Source of the DNA: Octopus vulgaris
Taxonomy: Eukaryota
DNA length: 64,000 nucleotides
Assembly: GCA_951406725.2 (NCBI GenBank)
Contig: OX597831.1
Coordinates: 69,130,001 to 69,194,000 of the forward strand
Reading direction: 5' to 3'
Below the pieces are notes generated by a model. The model saw only the letters and a list, made by a program, of their open reading frames with translations. It had not been told where the DNA came from and searched no databases. Below, one piece after another: positions 1 through 11,572 of this stretch (positions are counted from its first letter, which is position 1; every line of letters begins with the position of its first letter). Position numbers and translations under genes: made by a program.

Positions 1-917
1 TTTTTTTTCAAAACTCTTTCTCTATTTAACTGTAAATCTTAAATCCTATCCTTAACTTAACTTATCCTTAACTTAACTCCTAGCTCTAACATTTAATCCC
101 TAACACTAACCCTAAATTTTACCTCCTAATGCTAAAACATCTCCCCTATTTGTCTTAATTCAGAATCATAATTTTCATGGTTTAAAACACAAAAATATCA
201 AAGAACTTTGTTAAAAAATATTGAAGAAGTTATTGCATAAATCTGCGGAAAATATAGAAATTTCTTTTAATTTACTTGGTTGATTGAGGATATACAATTG
301 GTTCTCTGTTTAGAACTTAAAATCAAAATGTTGAAATTAGTGGAATTAAAGCCCACTAATTTTGATCAAATATCTGGTAATCATTCGATAGCTGTAAAAG
401 TTAATCCAATTTGTGTGAGTTTTTGAGGCCTTCGTGAACATGGTATGTTTATTCCAATCTGGGAGGAGAGCATTCATACGCAGCTTGAACATTTAACATT
501 TTTACAGAACAGAATGAAGTTGAACAAAAAGGGTTTTTGTCTTGCCGCCTTCCATGACTGGTATAGAGGATTTCACTCGATTCAAATTGGCTCGGGTAGT
601 CTAGTAGCAGACAGTGAGACGAAGCAGTTAGCAGTAAGTTGCCTGTGAGGCAAAAGAGGCTGCTCCCTTTCTGGTCATCTTTTTATCCCCTTTTCCAGAG
701 TGCCATCTTGTTGTTAACAATGTGACCCGGGAGATAACTCCAGATGACCCACGGTCAGGCATGGATTTAACTACAGTTGCCTACAGTAACATGCAGCCCC
801 ATAAAGTATCATAATCCATTATCCTTTGGCTGAATGTGGCAATAACCAAATATACATATGACAAATATTTGATGGAGTGAATACCAGCTCAGAAAAAGGT
901 TGGTATGAATACTTACA

Positions 918-1302
918 TCTCTCTCTATATAAACGGCAGTTTGTCTGTGCGTTTTCTGTGTGTCTGTTTTCTCGTACCCTCACCCTGACCACGGCTTTCA
1001 ACCAATTCTGATGAAACTTGACACACACATAGCCCAATGTCATAATTCAAAACTAACGCAGCGAAAATTTTGAAAAGTTCCCCCAGTTCTGAAAAAAATC
1101 GATAAATTCGACATGGGGTCGAGAATCAGAAACCCAAACCACAGACCGTCTAGGGGACGCAACTCCACCTTTTTTAACTCTCAAAAAAAAATTTACCATC
1201 ATTTTTTTTCCATTTTTTTGCTATTTTTTGGCTATAACTCTCTAAAAATGCTTTATAGTTATTTCCCTTACAAACCTGAGCAACGCCGGGCGATACTGCT
1301 AG
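918..1302 (+). mobile_element. Non-autonomous Helitron with both termini
   Basis: Starts A|TCTCTCTCTATATAAA and ends in a GC-rich subterminal hairpin (CCTGAGCAACGCCGGG) then CTAG|T. It is inserted between A and T with no TSD, the canonical Helitron signature. Confidence 0.8.
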
Positions 1303-1773
1303 TACTTAGATAAATATTTCAAAGTATTGAGATATTTTTATGAAGGACATTGTACATACGAGTGTTAAACAGAAAGAAGTGAAATAAAAGAAATTGATAA
1401 TTTATTTTGTTTGAGAAGTTTCTTTCTGTTTTTGTTTTGTCCCATATTGCATTTAAATACTCTTCAGTCAACCAACATTTATAATCATTAATTTACAAAA
1501 TTAACAAATGGAAAAACACTGCATTTATACATTTAAAATTCATGTAAAATATATTTATATACTAGAAAAGTACTGCAACTTCAAATCCCTTAACTTTAAC
1601 TACATTAAACTAAAATCAGATTAACTCCATTAAATTTAATTTTGGCCTGAGAAAAAATTAATTTCGTAAGATTATGAATCTGTTTAAAACATAAGAATCT
1701 GAAGCCTGTACTTTAAAAAGACAAGCAAAAAAGCAGATAGAAAGTTAGAGGGAAGTTAGAAAACTTACATTAA

Positions 1774-1994
1774 CCCTCTAGCATTCACATTATTTTATCA
1801 AAAAATAATGTTTATTTATTCACATAGTTTTGAATTAATCCAGCATTATTCTGTAGCTTTTAGATTTCAGTGATATGATAATATATTTCTGGAATGACAT
1901 TGTAGAGTAGGTGTGAGAGGCCACTTCTAACCAGTTTGAACATAAAACAGGTAACCTATTTGGGTCAGGTATGGCTGGTTTAAAGGCTAAAAGG
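1774..1994. mobile_element. piggyBac-like MITE (TTAA target)
   Basis: TTAA|CCCTCTAGCATT ... AAGGCTAAAAGG|TTAA: imperfect ~12-bp TIRs and a TTAA duplication. Confidence 0.65.
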
Positions 1995-2837
1995 TTAATA
2001 TGAATCAATGCCAGTCTCACTCCCCTTATCTCTTACCTGTCTTTCTTTCTCTTTTTCTTATTTATTTTCTATTCTGTCATACTCATTTGTTTCTAGCTAC
2101 CTATTTGTGAATCATACTATCTTAGTGTTATCACTCTCTCATTAACTCTTCATTTCTCTTTCTGTATCACTCTCCTTTTTATCTCTCCCTCTCTCTTACA
2201 TGAAAATAGTTACACACACAGGCACATACAAACTTACACACATGAACGTACATGCTATTCACACTGTCCTGTGTATGGTTGCACATTAGGTGACAGGTCT
2301 ACTCTAGTGTTTTGGGTGGTTGTTACTTCCACTATGCCTATTAAAATAAAAAAAGATCTATATAAAAATTTGCTTTAATAAATTAAGTATAACCAAAAAG
2401 CAACAATGCAAAACAAAAACAAAAACAAAACATTTCTGTATATTCAGAACCTCAACAACATCAAATAGATTTGGTAATATACATGAGTATGCATTTGTGT
2501 GTGTGTATGTGTGTGTGTGTATGTGTGTGTGTGTATGTGTGTGTGTGTGTGTGCATGTGCATGTGTGCTCGCAGATGTGTTTGTCTATTTCTGGTAATTC
2601 CCATCAGATGCAATACATTTGGTAATAAATATGGTAGAAAGTTGAAAAACAGTGAATAAAATTAGTTATCCAGTATGACAAAGAATATTTTGACTTGCTA
2701 AGAAATTATTCTGATATGGAAGCCTCAAGAGAGATTGAATAAACTTGATAATTCGAATACGACACCAAGTTCTTAGCCTCACATACACATTATTCTCTCT
2801 CTCTTTATTTCTCTCTCACATATATGCACACACATAA

Positions 2838-2869
<32 letters not shown>

Positions 2870-2977
2870 ACATATATATATTATATACATATACATATAT
2901 ATATATTATGTATATATATATTTACATATATATGTGTATATATATATATATATATATAAATATATCTCACGTGATCA

Positions 2978-3251
2978 TGTGGTTAGGGCAGGATCGCGGT
3001 CGCAGGATCGCGGTTTCGATTCCCAGGCTGGGCGTTGTGAGTGTTTATTGAGCGAAAACACCTAAAAAAGCTCCACGAGGCTCCAGCAGGGGGTGGTGAT
3101 CCCTGCTGTACTCATTCACCACTCTTTCTCCCACTCTTTCTTCTGTTGGCCTGCTGACTTAGCCAGTGGGGTGGCGTCATTCGAAGGCTAAAAAACAATG
3201 CGGACGCATTGTGACCAGCGATGTGTAACAACATCTGATGGTCTGGTCGGT

Positions 3252-3258
<7 letters not shown>
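2978..3258 (+). mobile_element. tRNA-derived SINE family B (OR-like head), alternative 3' tail, 5'-truncated
   Basis: Head GTGGTTAGGGCAG...GGTTTCGATTCCC and body match the copies at 10756, 41472, 42347 and 59399, but the 3' tail differs (…CATTGTGACCAGCGATGTGTAACAAC…CACGTGAT). Confidence 0.8.
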
Positions 3259-3283
<25 letters not shown>

Positions 3284-4225
3284 TAGTTTCAGCTCAAAGC
3301 TGTGGCCATGTTGGGGTACCACTGTTTTGTTACACTGTTTGGTTACTCCTCTAATATGTGATATTTGGTGAATAAGGGAGTTTGTTGTCATTACCCACAT
3401 TTGCACCTCTTGCCATGAGGTAGGTTCATCTGGGACTCTCAAAAGAAAGAGGTCCAGTTATAATTTGAAAACACCTACATCAACTTTGTATAGGTCCCTC
3501 AGGCTCTTTGGGAGAATATTAAAAAACTGTGGGTCCCTGAAACTCAGGCTGTTGCAGTAACTGGTCCTGAAGTGTGAGGGCATTGCTGGGATCTTTGGCA
3601 CTGTGCAGTGTCAACCCATTCTGGCATCTGTGTAGCTTTCAATACCAAAATTTGGCACAGTTTCTTCCAGGATCTTCCAGATGTATATTACTGCATACCT
3701 CTCCCACCTTCGCTCCAGGGAGTAAAGACTTAGCTGTTTCAGCCTTTCCCAGTAGCTGAGCTGTTACAATGAGACGATCTTTGTGAAGCTTCGTTGGATA
3801 TCATTTCATGAGGATCTTCCAATCCCTTGGAATCTTATTCCTTTTTGTGTTGGCCTTGTGCTCTGGGACATTTCTGGCACATGGTTTGCATGAAAGACAT
3901 GAAATATTCTAGTTTCATGCCAATGTCTGGTGTGGAGAAACATTTTAGCCAGTCCTGTCTGAGGATCACGTTTTTGGATCGATTTCCAGTCTGCTTTGTG
4001 GAAGCTCAGATTGGAGAGATTTTGGGTGCTTCCCTTTGGCTGTATGACTCTGGCTACTTTTGGTCCATACAAAGACAGCTTTATTATGTTGTGATCTGAA
4101 ACTAATGTCTGTGTCACTTTCACATCATAAACGATGTCCATTTTTTTTTGTAAAGCTTTTGCAAAGTCAGTGCATATTATGTCCACATTTGAGTTGTTGA
4201 GTAACTGCCTCAACAGCCAGTCATA

Positions 4226-4226
<1 letters not shown>
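3284..4226 (-). pseudogene. CR1-clade LINE remnant, rearranged (RT, endonuclease and C-terminal fragments)
   Basis: Minus-strand translation gives [12 protein letters not shown] (RT), LVSDHNII…FHKADW (end of the AP endonuclease) and QRSFTKI…SYWERLKQLSLYSLERR…IYIWKIL (CR1 C-terminus). The 3' tail ends near 3284. Confidence 0.8.
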
Positions 4227-4276
<50 letters not shown>

Positions 4277-4415
4277 TAAATATACATACATAAATATATA
4301 TATATACATGTATATATATATATGCATATAAATATGCATGTATATATATACATTCATATAAATATACATGTATGTATATATATATAAATATATATGTATA
4401 TATATATATATAAAC
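4227..4415. repeat. (TA)n/(TACA)n compound microsatellite
   Basis: Direct inspection. Confidence 0.95.
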
Positions 4416-4544
4416 ATAATCAAATAGGGTAATAAAATAAATTATTATTACCAGTGGCCTAGCACAAAAGACGAATTAGTCATTAGACAATATATTATTC
4501 ATAGAGAAATATAATAAAAGGCTTCCAAATAAGGAAGTGTAGTG

Positions 4545-4607
<63 letters not shown>

Positions 4608-4611
<4 letters not shown>

Positions 4612-5570
4612 AAAGTAAAACTTAAAAGAGTCAAAAGGAAGAGTAAGTATGTATAGGCAGCTTTTTAACTGCTACAAATGTTTCAATACATATGGATCCT
4701 TGTACATACAGGATTTAAAGTTTAAATTAAATTATTTGACTATTTATCTGTTTAAGAAGATCTCTATGTATCTCTTCAGGCGATACTCAGTTGCTGTTTC
4801 TGTAAGCAAAATTTAGATTTCCATGCTGCTAAATCCATGGCTTCTTCTTTTGAAACTAACTAATACTGATAGTTTCAATTCGCTCGGTATGAGTGTGTTA
4901 TCACGTTCGCCATGATCTGCAATGTGCACGTTGTCTGTTTATTTATTCAGTTTCAACATGTTATTCTGCACATGCAAAACTGTACCATTATGCAGAATAC
5001 ATTCATCCATTGGCTCATACTTATACAATCACTTACACACCGATATACCATACATCACTGAGTGTTTCTATACATACACACACACACACACACACTCACA
5101 CGCAGTCACGTACACATATGCATGCATATATATATAATATATATGTACATATATTCAGATGCACACATGCATACATATACTCACCTACATATCAATAAAC
5201 ACATTCACACCTATACATAGACGCTTATACATTTAGCTACTTATTTCCATGTACATAGTTATATCACTGAAAGTTCCATCATAAAGACACACTCCTATAC
5301 ATACGTGAAGGCATTAAAAAATACATTTAGCGAGATAGAATAATAATAATTATAATTTATACATTGTTACATCTGCAAAATTCATATTTTGGCATAGTGG
5401 TTACAATATTGGAATTTTCTCATCATGTTTATTCCCTAGATTTTCATTGCTCAGTAGAATACTCAGTGCTTCCTCAAGGCAAAGGTCACATTTGCCGGAT
5501 AGTGAAGTACATGGATGTGCCGTTTTTATTATTTTTGACTATTCTATTTGGTATTTAATTTTTGATTATG
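4608..5570 (-). mobile_element. Penelope-like element 3' end (GIY-YIG C-terminus plus pseudo-LTR)
   Basis: Minus strand 5565-5390 translates KIKYQIE*SKIIKTAHPCTSLSGKCDLCLEEALSILLSNENLGNKHDE, matching the W..I…C.LC..E…NK..E tail of PLE GIY-YIG. Downstream UTR carries a hammerhead motif. Flanked by (TA)n. Confidence 0.75.
4671..4783 (-). ncRNA. Hammerhead ribozyme-like motif (left arm of inverted pseudo-LTR)
   Basis: Reverse complement of the motif at 6378-6491. Confidence 0.5.
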
Positions 5571-5624
<54 letters not shown>

Positions 5625-5626
<2 letters not shown>

Positions 5627-6021
5627 CTTTTACTCTTTTACTTGTTTCGGTCATTTGACTGTGGCCATGCTGGAGCACCGCCTTTAGTCGAGCAAATCGA
5701 CCCCGGGACTTATTCTTTGTAAGCCCAGTACTTATTCTATCGGTTTCTTTTGCCGAACCGCTAACTGACGGGGACGTAAACACACCAGCATCGGTTGTCA
5801 AGCAATGCTAAGGGGACAAACACAGACACACAAACACACACACACATATATATACATATATACGACAGGCTTCTTTCAGTTTCCGTCTACCAAATCCACT
5901 CACAAGGCATTGGTCGGCCCGGGGCTATAGCAGAAGACACTTGCCCAAGATGCCACGCAGTGGGACTGAACCCGGAACCATGTGGTTGGTTAGCAAGCTA
6001 CTTACCACACAGTCACTCCTG
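5625..6021 (-). mobile_element. tRNA-derived SINE family A
   Basis: A/B-box-like head (TGGCTGTGTGG; GGTTCAGTCCC), internal (TA)/(TG) microsatellite and (AAAAGAGT)n tail; at least 14 near-identical copies in the window. Confidence 0.9.
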
Positions 6022-6049
6022 AATACATATATATGTATGTATGTATATA

Positions 6050-6054
<5 letters not shown>

Positions 6055-6087
<33 letters not shown>

Positions 6088-6553
6088 TATGTATAGAAAC
6101 ACTCAGTGATGTATGGTATATCGGTGTGTAAGTGATTGTATAAGTATGAGCCAATGGATGAATGTATTCTGCATAATGGTACAGTTTTGCATGTGCAGAA
6201 TAACATGTTGAAACTGAATAAATAAACAGACAACGTGCACATTGCAGATCATGGCGAACGTGATAACACACTCATACCGAGCGAATTGAAACTATCAGTA
6301 TTAGTTAGTTTCAAAAGAAGCCATGGATTTAGCAGCATGGAAATCTAAATTTTGCTTACAGAAACAGCAACTGAGTATCGCCTGAAGAGATACATAGAGA
6401 TCTTCTTAAACAGATAAATAGTCAAATAATTTAATTTAAACTTTATATCCTGTATGTACAAGGATCCATATGTATTGAAACATTTGTAGCAGTTAAAAAG
6501 CTGCCTAAACGTACTTACTCTTCCTTTTGACTCTTTTAATTTTTACTTTTTAT
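6055..6553 (+). mobile_element. Inverted copy of the Penelope-like pseudo-LTR at 4608-5095
   Basis: About 460 bp of near-perfect reverse complement of 4608-5095, with only a handful of differences by eye. Confidence 0.9.
6378..6491 (+). ncRNA. Type I hammerhead ribozyme-like motif, long loop II
   Basis: CUGAAGA (6382-6388), stem II GAUACAUA/UAUGUAUU around a 72-nt loop, then GAAAC-AUUU-GUA. Stem I is only about 2 bp, so it may be decayed. Confidence 0.5.
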
Positions 6554-6689
6554 TTTCACACATGAGGAATACCTAAGACTAGAATTGGTAGCATACCATA
6601 AGAATAGTACTGACTATTTGGGAACTCTATGGGTGAACGAGCTCTATTTGTACCCTAATACTTTCTTAACAGAACACACCTCAACTGAC

Positions 6690-6738
<49 letters not shown>

Positions 6739-6784
6739 GTACATATGTGCATATATATATATATATATATATGTACATATGTGC

Positions 6785-6818
<34 letters not shown>

Positions 6819-6849
6819 GTACATATGTGCATATGCACATATATATATA

Positions 6850-7470
6850 TCGATAGGTTTTAAGAGACCGAATCACACTCCAGCAACTCAATCATCATTC
6901 AACGACATTATCCAAGATGGGTCCATATAGAACTAAATATTAAAATTATCAAAATTAATACCTTCAATTCTTATTCCAAATGCTATACTTTACATTATAT
7001 GTACTACGCGCGTTTCATGACAACATATTCCTCGATATTACTGAAATAAAGGTCTCGAAATACAATACCATATTATAACAATTATATTGCCAATCTTCAG
7101 GTCTCGATTATATGAACTTATTTTGCTATTTACATCCTATATAAAGACATGACAAACTAAAATTATTTAAATAGAAGTTGTTGGAATAATTTTACTTTAG
7201 TAAATAATGAACAGAAATGTGGAATAAAAGTAGGAAAAAGAAATGTTAGTAAAAATAACTGTTAACTTATCTGTATGGTAATTTTCTCTCCACAAATTAA
7301 ACATGGCCCGCAACTATTCCCATCATACACTCACTTCTGGCTGCTCCTGATTTATTATTATTCATTTCCCTTACAAGGTTATTAAAAATAATAGTAAATA
7401 CCTTTTAAGAACTTTTAAATGTTAATAAGAATTATCTCCCCTACACAATAGCTATCAATTTTGGATTATA
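6850..7470 (-). mobile_element. Second Penelope-like element 3' end (decayed GIY-YIG tail plus pseudo-LTR)
   Basis: Minus-strand remnant …YDGNSCGPCLICGEKITI, a hammerhead motif at 7001-7105, TA flanks, and an inverted partner at 7478-7720. Confidence 0.6.
7001..7105 (-). ncRNA. Type I hammerhead ribozyme-like motif, palindromic stem III
   Basis: GAGAC-CUGAAGA-U-UGGCAAUAU…57 nt…AUGUUGUCA-U-GAAAC-GCGC-GUA-GUAC. Stem III region ACGCGCGU is a perfect palindrome; stem I is partly mismatched. Confidence 0.6.
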
Positions 7471-7477
7471 CGATTGC

Positions 7478-7720
7478 TGGCAATATAATCGTTTTAATAT
7501 GGTATTGTATTTCGAGACCTCTATTTCAGCAATATTGAGGAATATCTTGTCATGAAATGCACGTAGTATATATAATGTAAGGTATAGAATTTGGAATAAG
7601 AATTGAAGTTATTAATTTTGATAATTTTTATATTTAGCCCTATATGTACCTATCGTGGATAATGTCGTTGAATGATGACTGAGTTGCTGGAGGGTGATTC
7701 TGTATCTTAAAACCTATCTA
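7478..7720 (+). mobile_element. Inverted, diverged copy of 6850-7092 (pseudo-LTR)
   Basis: Reverse-complement alignment by eye over about 240 bp with scattered substitutions. It starts just 3' of the CUGAAGA box. Confidence 0.85.
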
Positions 7721-7819
7721 TATATATGTATATAAGACAGTGAGTAATTCATTTTGGTACCACTAAATTGAACTTCTCTCCCCTGTGAACTCGGAAATAA
7801 CTTCCCTAATATTAATATT

Positions 7820-7875
7820 AATGTATATATATACATATAATATTAATGTATATATATATGTATATATATACACAC

Positions 7876-7936
<61 letters not shown>

Positions 7937-8102
7937 CACATATATATACATATATACATATATATATGCATATATGTATATACGTATATATATATATACG
8001 TATATATATATATATATATATATACATATACTATATATATGTATATAGATATAAATCTATATATATATATACATCTATACATACACATACATATATATAT
8101 AA

Positions 8103-8148
<46 letters not shown>
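7820..8148. repeat. Long (TA)n-rich microsatellite
   Basis: Direct inspection; source of the YIYIY ORFs. Confidence 0.95.
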
Positions 8149-8152
<4 letters not shown>

Positions 8153-8377
8153 GAACTAAGTAAAATAATTTCCTCCAAGAGGTGTGTTAAACATCCAATT
8201 CACTTATACGTCAATTGAAAACCATATAAATATGAGTATTATGCAAATTACAAGGATAAAATTAAATAGAGAGATATAACTGACAATCAAATAATTTATT
8301 TATATTATACCATAATATACAATGGATATAACATAACATAATATAAGATAATATAAACAATTTTTTAAATATCAAAA

Positions 8378-8453
8378 TGCCGAAAATTTGTTTTGACTTA
8401 TATACATTTTTTGATATATAAACAATTCCCTTATATATGTCTCATCAGAGGCA
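8378..8453 (-). ncRNA. Degenerate hammerhead motif in a third TA-flanked repeat (approx. 8150-8635)
   Basis: UGCCU-CUGAUGA-GACAUAUAUA…UAUAUAAGUC-AAAAC-AAAUU-UUC-GGCA. GAAA is mutated to AAAA. Confidence 0.35.
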
Positions 8454-8819
8454 GAGTTTAAAGATAGACGAAATTCCAAGTGAATAGATGGCTGGATTGT
8501 AAAAAATTAATTCAAATGCCTATGTATTATGAGCATGTTTGTTAACTATTCAATTACATCATTTCATCATTTCATACATATCAAATACAATTAAACAACA
8601 AAAAAATTTCAATGGACAAAATAATTAAGTGTGATCTATATATATATATATATATGCATGTATATATGCAAAGTGAGATAATAGTTTCACTATGTATATA
8701 TTACATACATAGTGAAAGTATTAATAGTGAAACTATTAAAACTGAAATTATTATCTCACATTACACTAAAAATGTTATTGTTTCACTTTTGACATATAAT
8801 ACCGAAACATTCTAAGAGA

Positions 8820-8985
8820 TTACTGTGGGTTCGCATTATGAAAGAAGTGGAAAATTTTTTTGGCTGATGACAAAGTAGTGGACCCTAAGTAGTGTCTGTG
8901 TAAAATTTGAATGAAATCAGTTGGGTAGTTCTTGAGTTTTAGTGATGCACACATACAGACACACATTCTGAGTTTTAAATATATA
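8820..8985 (-). mobile_element. Helitron-like 5' fragment
   Basis: Reverse complement reads ATATATTTAAAACTCAGAATGTGTGTCTGTATGT…CAACTGATTTCATTCAAATTTTACACA, similar in architecture to the 5' part of the Helitron at 918. Confidence 0.4.
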
Positions 8986-8993
8986 TATATATA

Positions 8994-9390
8994 GGCGCAG
9001 GAGTGGCTGTGTGGTAAGTAAGTAGGTTGTTTACCAACCACATGGTTCCGGGTTCAGTCCCACTGTGTGGCACCTTGGGCAAGTGTCTTCTACTATAGCC
9101 TCGGGCCAAATAAAGCCTTGTGAGTGGATTTGGTAGACGGAAACTGAAAGAAGCCCGTCGTATATATATATATGTGGGTGCTTGTGTCTGTGTTTGTCCC
9201 CCTAGCATTGCTTGACAACCGATGCTGGTGTGTTTATGTCCCCGTTACTTAGCGGTTCGGCAAAAAGAGACCGATAGAATAAGTACTGGGCTTACAAAAG
9301 AATAAGTCCCGGGGTCGAGTTGCTCGATTAAAGGCGGTGCTCCAGCATGGCTGCAGTCAAATGACGGAAACAAGTAAAAGAGATAAAAGA
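8994..9390 (+). mobile_element. SINE family A
   Basis: Full head GGCGCAGGAGTGGCTGTGTGG through to the tail. Confidence 0.9.
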
Positions 9391-9973
9391 TATATATATA
9401 TATATATGTATATATAGATATGCATACATACATACATACATAAATGAGATAATTTATAATTTCTTGGACATCTAGCTAATTTGTTGTACTGTGTATTACA
9501 TAAATGTTATTATTTATCAAATATATAGAAGTCCAACAAAAATTAAATAGAAATATATGCAACAAAAAGTAAATAGAAAATGCATAATGTAAATGCAAAA
9601 ATGATAAATGTAAATGTCGTTTTAGAAACTCAAAAGAAGAGTATGTTGTCCCCAAATCCGAATCAGAAATATGTGAGTTCTTAAGAATTGTATGTTTTTT
9701 TCTTTTTTTTTTTTTTGCAGAGAATTTACAAAGTTAAGAATGGAATATACTTTTTTTTTAACAGTTTGGAAGTATTTAGAACTAATATAACTTGTCTATT
9801 TTTAACTAGATAATTACTATAAGAACCCAAAATACTTAACTTAGAATGACTGTTCATCTGGAAATATGTTTTCCAATAATCTATCTCCATTTTCTCTCTG
9901 CTTTCTGTCCACATATCGGCATAATTGTCTCTGCAGATGGAAGTAAATGTCTACGTGTATATACATTAGCATA

Positions 9974-10184
9974 TACTCTTTACTCTTTTACTTGTTTCAG
10001 TCATTTGACTGCGGCCATGCTGGAGCACTGCCTTTAATCGAGCAACTCGACCCCGGGATTTATTCTTTGTAAGCCCAGTACTTATTCTATCGGTCTCTTT
10101 TGCCGAACCACTAAGTGACGGGGATATAAACACACCAGCATCGGTTGTCAAGCAATGCTAGGGGACAAATACAGACACACAAAA

Positions 10185-10243
<59 letters not shown>

Positions 10244-10367
10244 TACGACAGGCTTCTTTCAGTTTCCATCTACCAAATCCACTCACAAGGCTTTGGTCAG
10301 CCTGGGGCTGAACCCGGAACCATGTGGTTGGTAAACAAGCTACTTACCACACAGCCACTCCTGCACC
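9974..10367 (-). mobile_element. SINE family A with internal deletion of about 45 bp
   Basis: Matches the family but lacks ATAGCAGAAGACAC…GTGGGA, deleted between GGGCT/GGGACT microhomologies near 10305. Confidence 0.9.
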
Positions 10368-10403
10368 TGTGGGAGTATGTATACATATGTATACATTCAT
10401 ATA

Positions 10404-10600
10404 TTCTTTTACTTGTTTCAATCTTTGAACTGTAGCCAAGATGGGACATTGCCATGAAAGATTTAGGCTGTTGAATTGATCCCAGTAATTAAGTCTGGTA
10501 CTCATTTTGTCAATCTCTTTCAAGCAAACTGCTAAGTAACAGGGGGCACAAACAAATCAACACTAATTGTTAATTAGTGAGAGGCAAATATAAATTCATA
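10404..10600 (-). mobile_element. Old diverged SINE family A relative (3' half)
   Basis: TCTTTTACTTGTTTCA…GATCCCAGTA…CTGGTACT…GCAAACTGCTAAGT pattern. Confidence 0.6.
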
Positions 10601-10755
10601 CACACATACACCAACATGGACAAATGTGTGTGTGCATGAATATATGCGTATGTATGTATGTATGTATGTATGTATGTATGTATGTATGTATGTATGTATA
10701 TCTACATAAGCATAAATGTTTACTATCTCCATATACATACACACATACATTGGAA

Positions 10756-11137
10756 GGAAGCACTCCGTCGGTTACGACGACGAGGGTTCCGGTTGATCCG
10801 ATCAATGGAACAGCCTGCTCGTGAAATTAACATGTAAGTGGCTGAGCACTCCACAGACACTTGTACCCTTAATGTAGTTCTCGGGGATATTCAGCGTGAC
10901 ACAGAGAGTGACAAGGCTGGCCCTTTGAAATACAGGTACAACAGAAACAGGAAGTAAGAGTGAGAGTAAGTTGTCGTGAAAGAGTACAGCAGGGATCACC
11001 ATCATCCCCTGCCAGAGCCTCGTGGAGCTTTTAGGTGTTTTCGCTCAATAAACACTCACAACGCCCGGTCTGGGAATCGAAACCGTGATCCTACGACCGC
11101 GAGTCTGCTGCCCTAACCACTGGGCCATTGCGCCTCC
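10756..11137 (-). mobile_element. SINE family B (OR-like), full length
   Basis: Reverse-complement head GGAGGCGCAATGGCCCAGTGG (A box) and GGTTTCGATTCCC (B box); tail ends GACGGAGTGCTTCC. Confidence 0.9.
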
Positions 11138-11303
11138 ACACATACATACATACATATATACATACACACATACATACACACATACATACATACATGCATG
11201 CATACATACATACATACATACATACATACATACATACATACATACATACATACATGCATACATATGTGTGCGTGTGTGTGTGTGCATGTGTGTGTGTGTG
11301 TGT

Positions 11304-11460
11304 GCAGGCATGTCTGTGGTTAAGAAGTTTGCTTCGCAACATCATGGTTTCAGTTTTTTGTCCCACTTACTGTAGTCTTGGGCAAGTAATATAACCTCAG
11401 GCTAACCAATGCCTTGCTAGTAAATTTGGAAGACTGACTGTGTGGAAGCCAGTAATATAT
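11304..11460 (+). mobile_element. Old SINE family A head
   Basis: GCAGGCATGTCTGTGGTTAAGAAGTTTGCTTC…CTTGGGCAAGT…. Confidence 0.6.
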
Positions 11461-11525
11461 GTATGTGTGTGTGAGCATGCGTATGTCTACATGTATCTAT
11501 CTCTATGTGTCTGTAAATACCCTGT

Positions 11526-11572
<47 letters not shown>

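Noticed and set aside
30-135. Telomeric repeat
   Set aside because: Only scattered, degenerate CCTAA/CTTAAC motifs with no regular array; more likely a decayed repeat interior.
4528-4542. 15-nt identity with 34971-34985 (AATAAGGAAGTGTAG)
   Set aside because: A few such matches are expected by chance in 64 kb of AT-rich DNA, and the match does not extend.
5544-6022. Recurrent ORFs MTTDAGVF…/MSSNARG… as a gene family
   Set aside because: They are frames of SINE family A repeated with each copy, with non-ATG starts and variable frames.
7763-8218. YIYIY/HTHT/VCVC ORFs here and throughout the window
   Set aside because: Translations of (TA)n, (CA)n and (CATA)n microsatellites.
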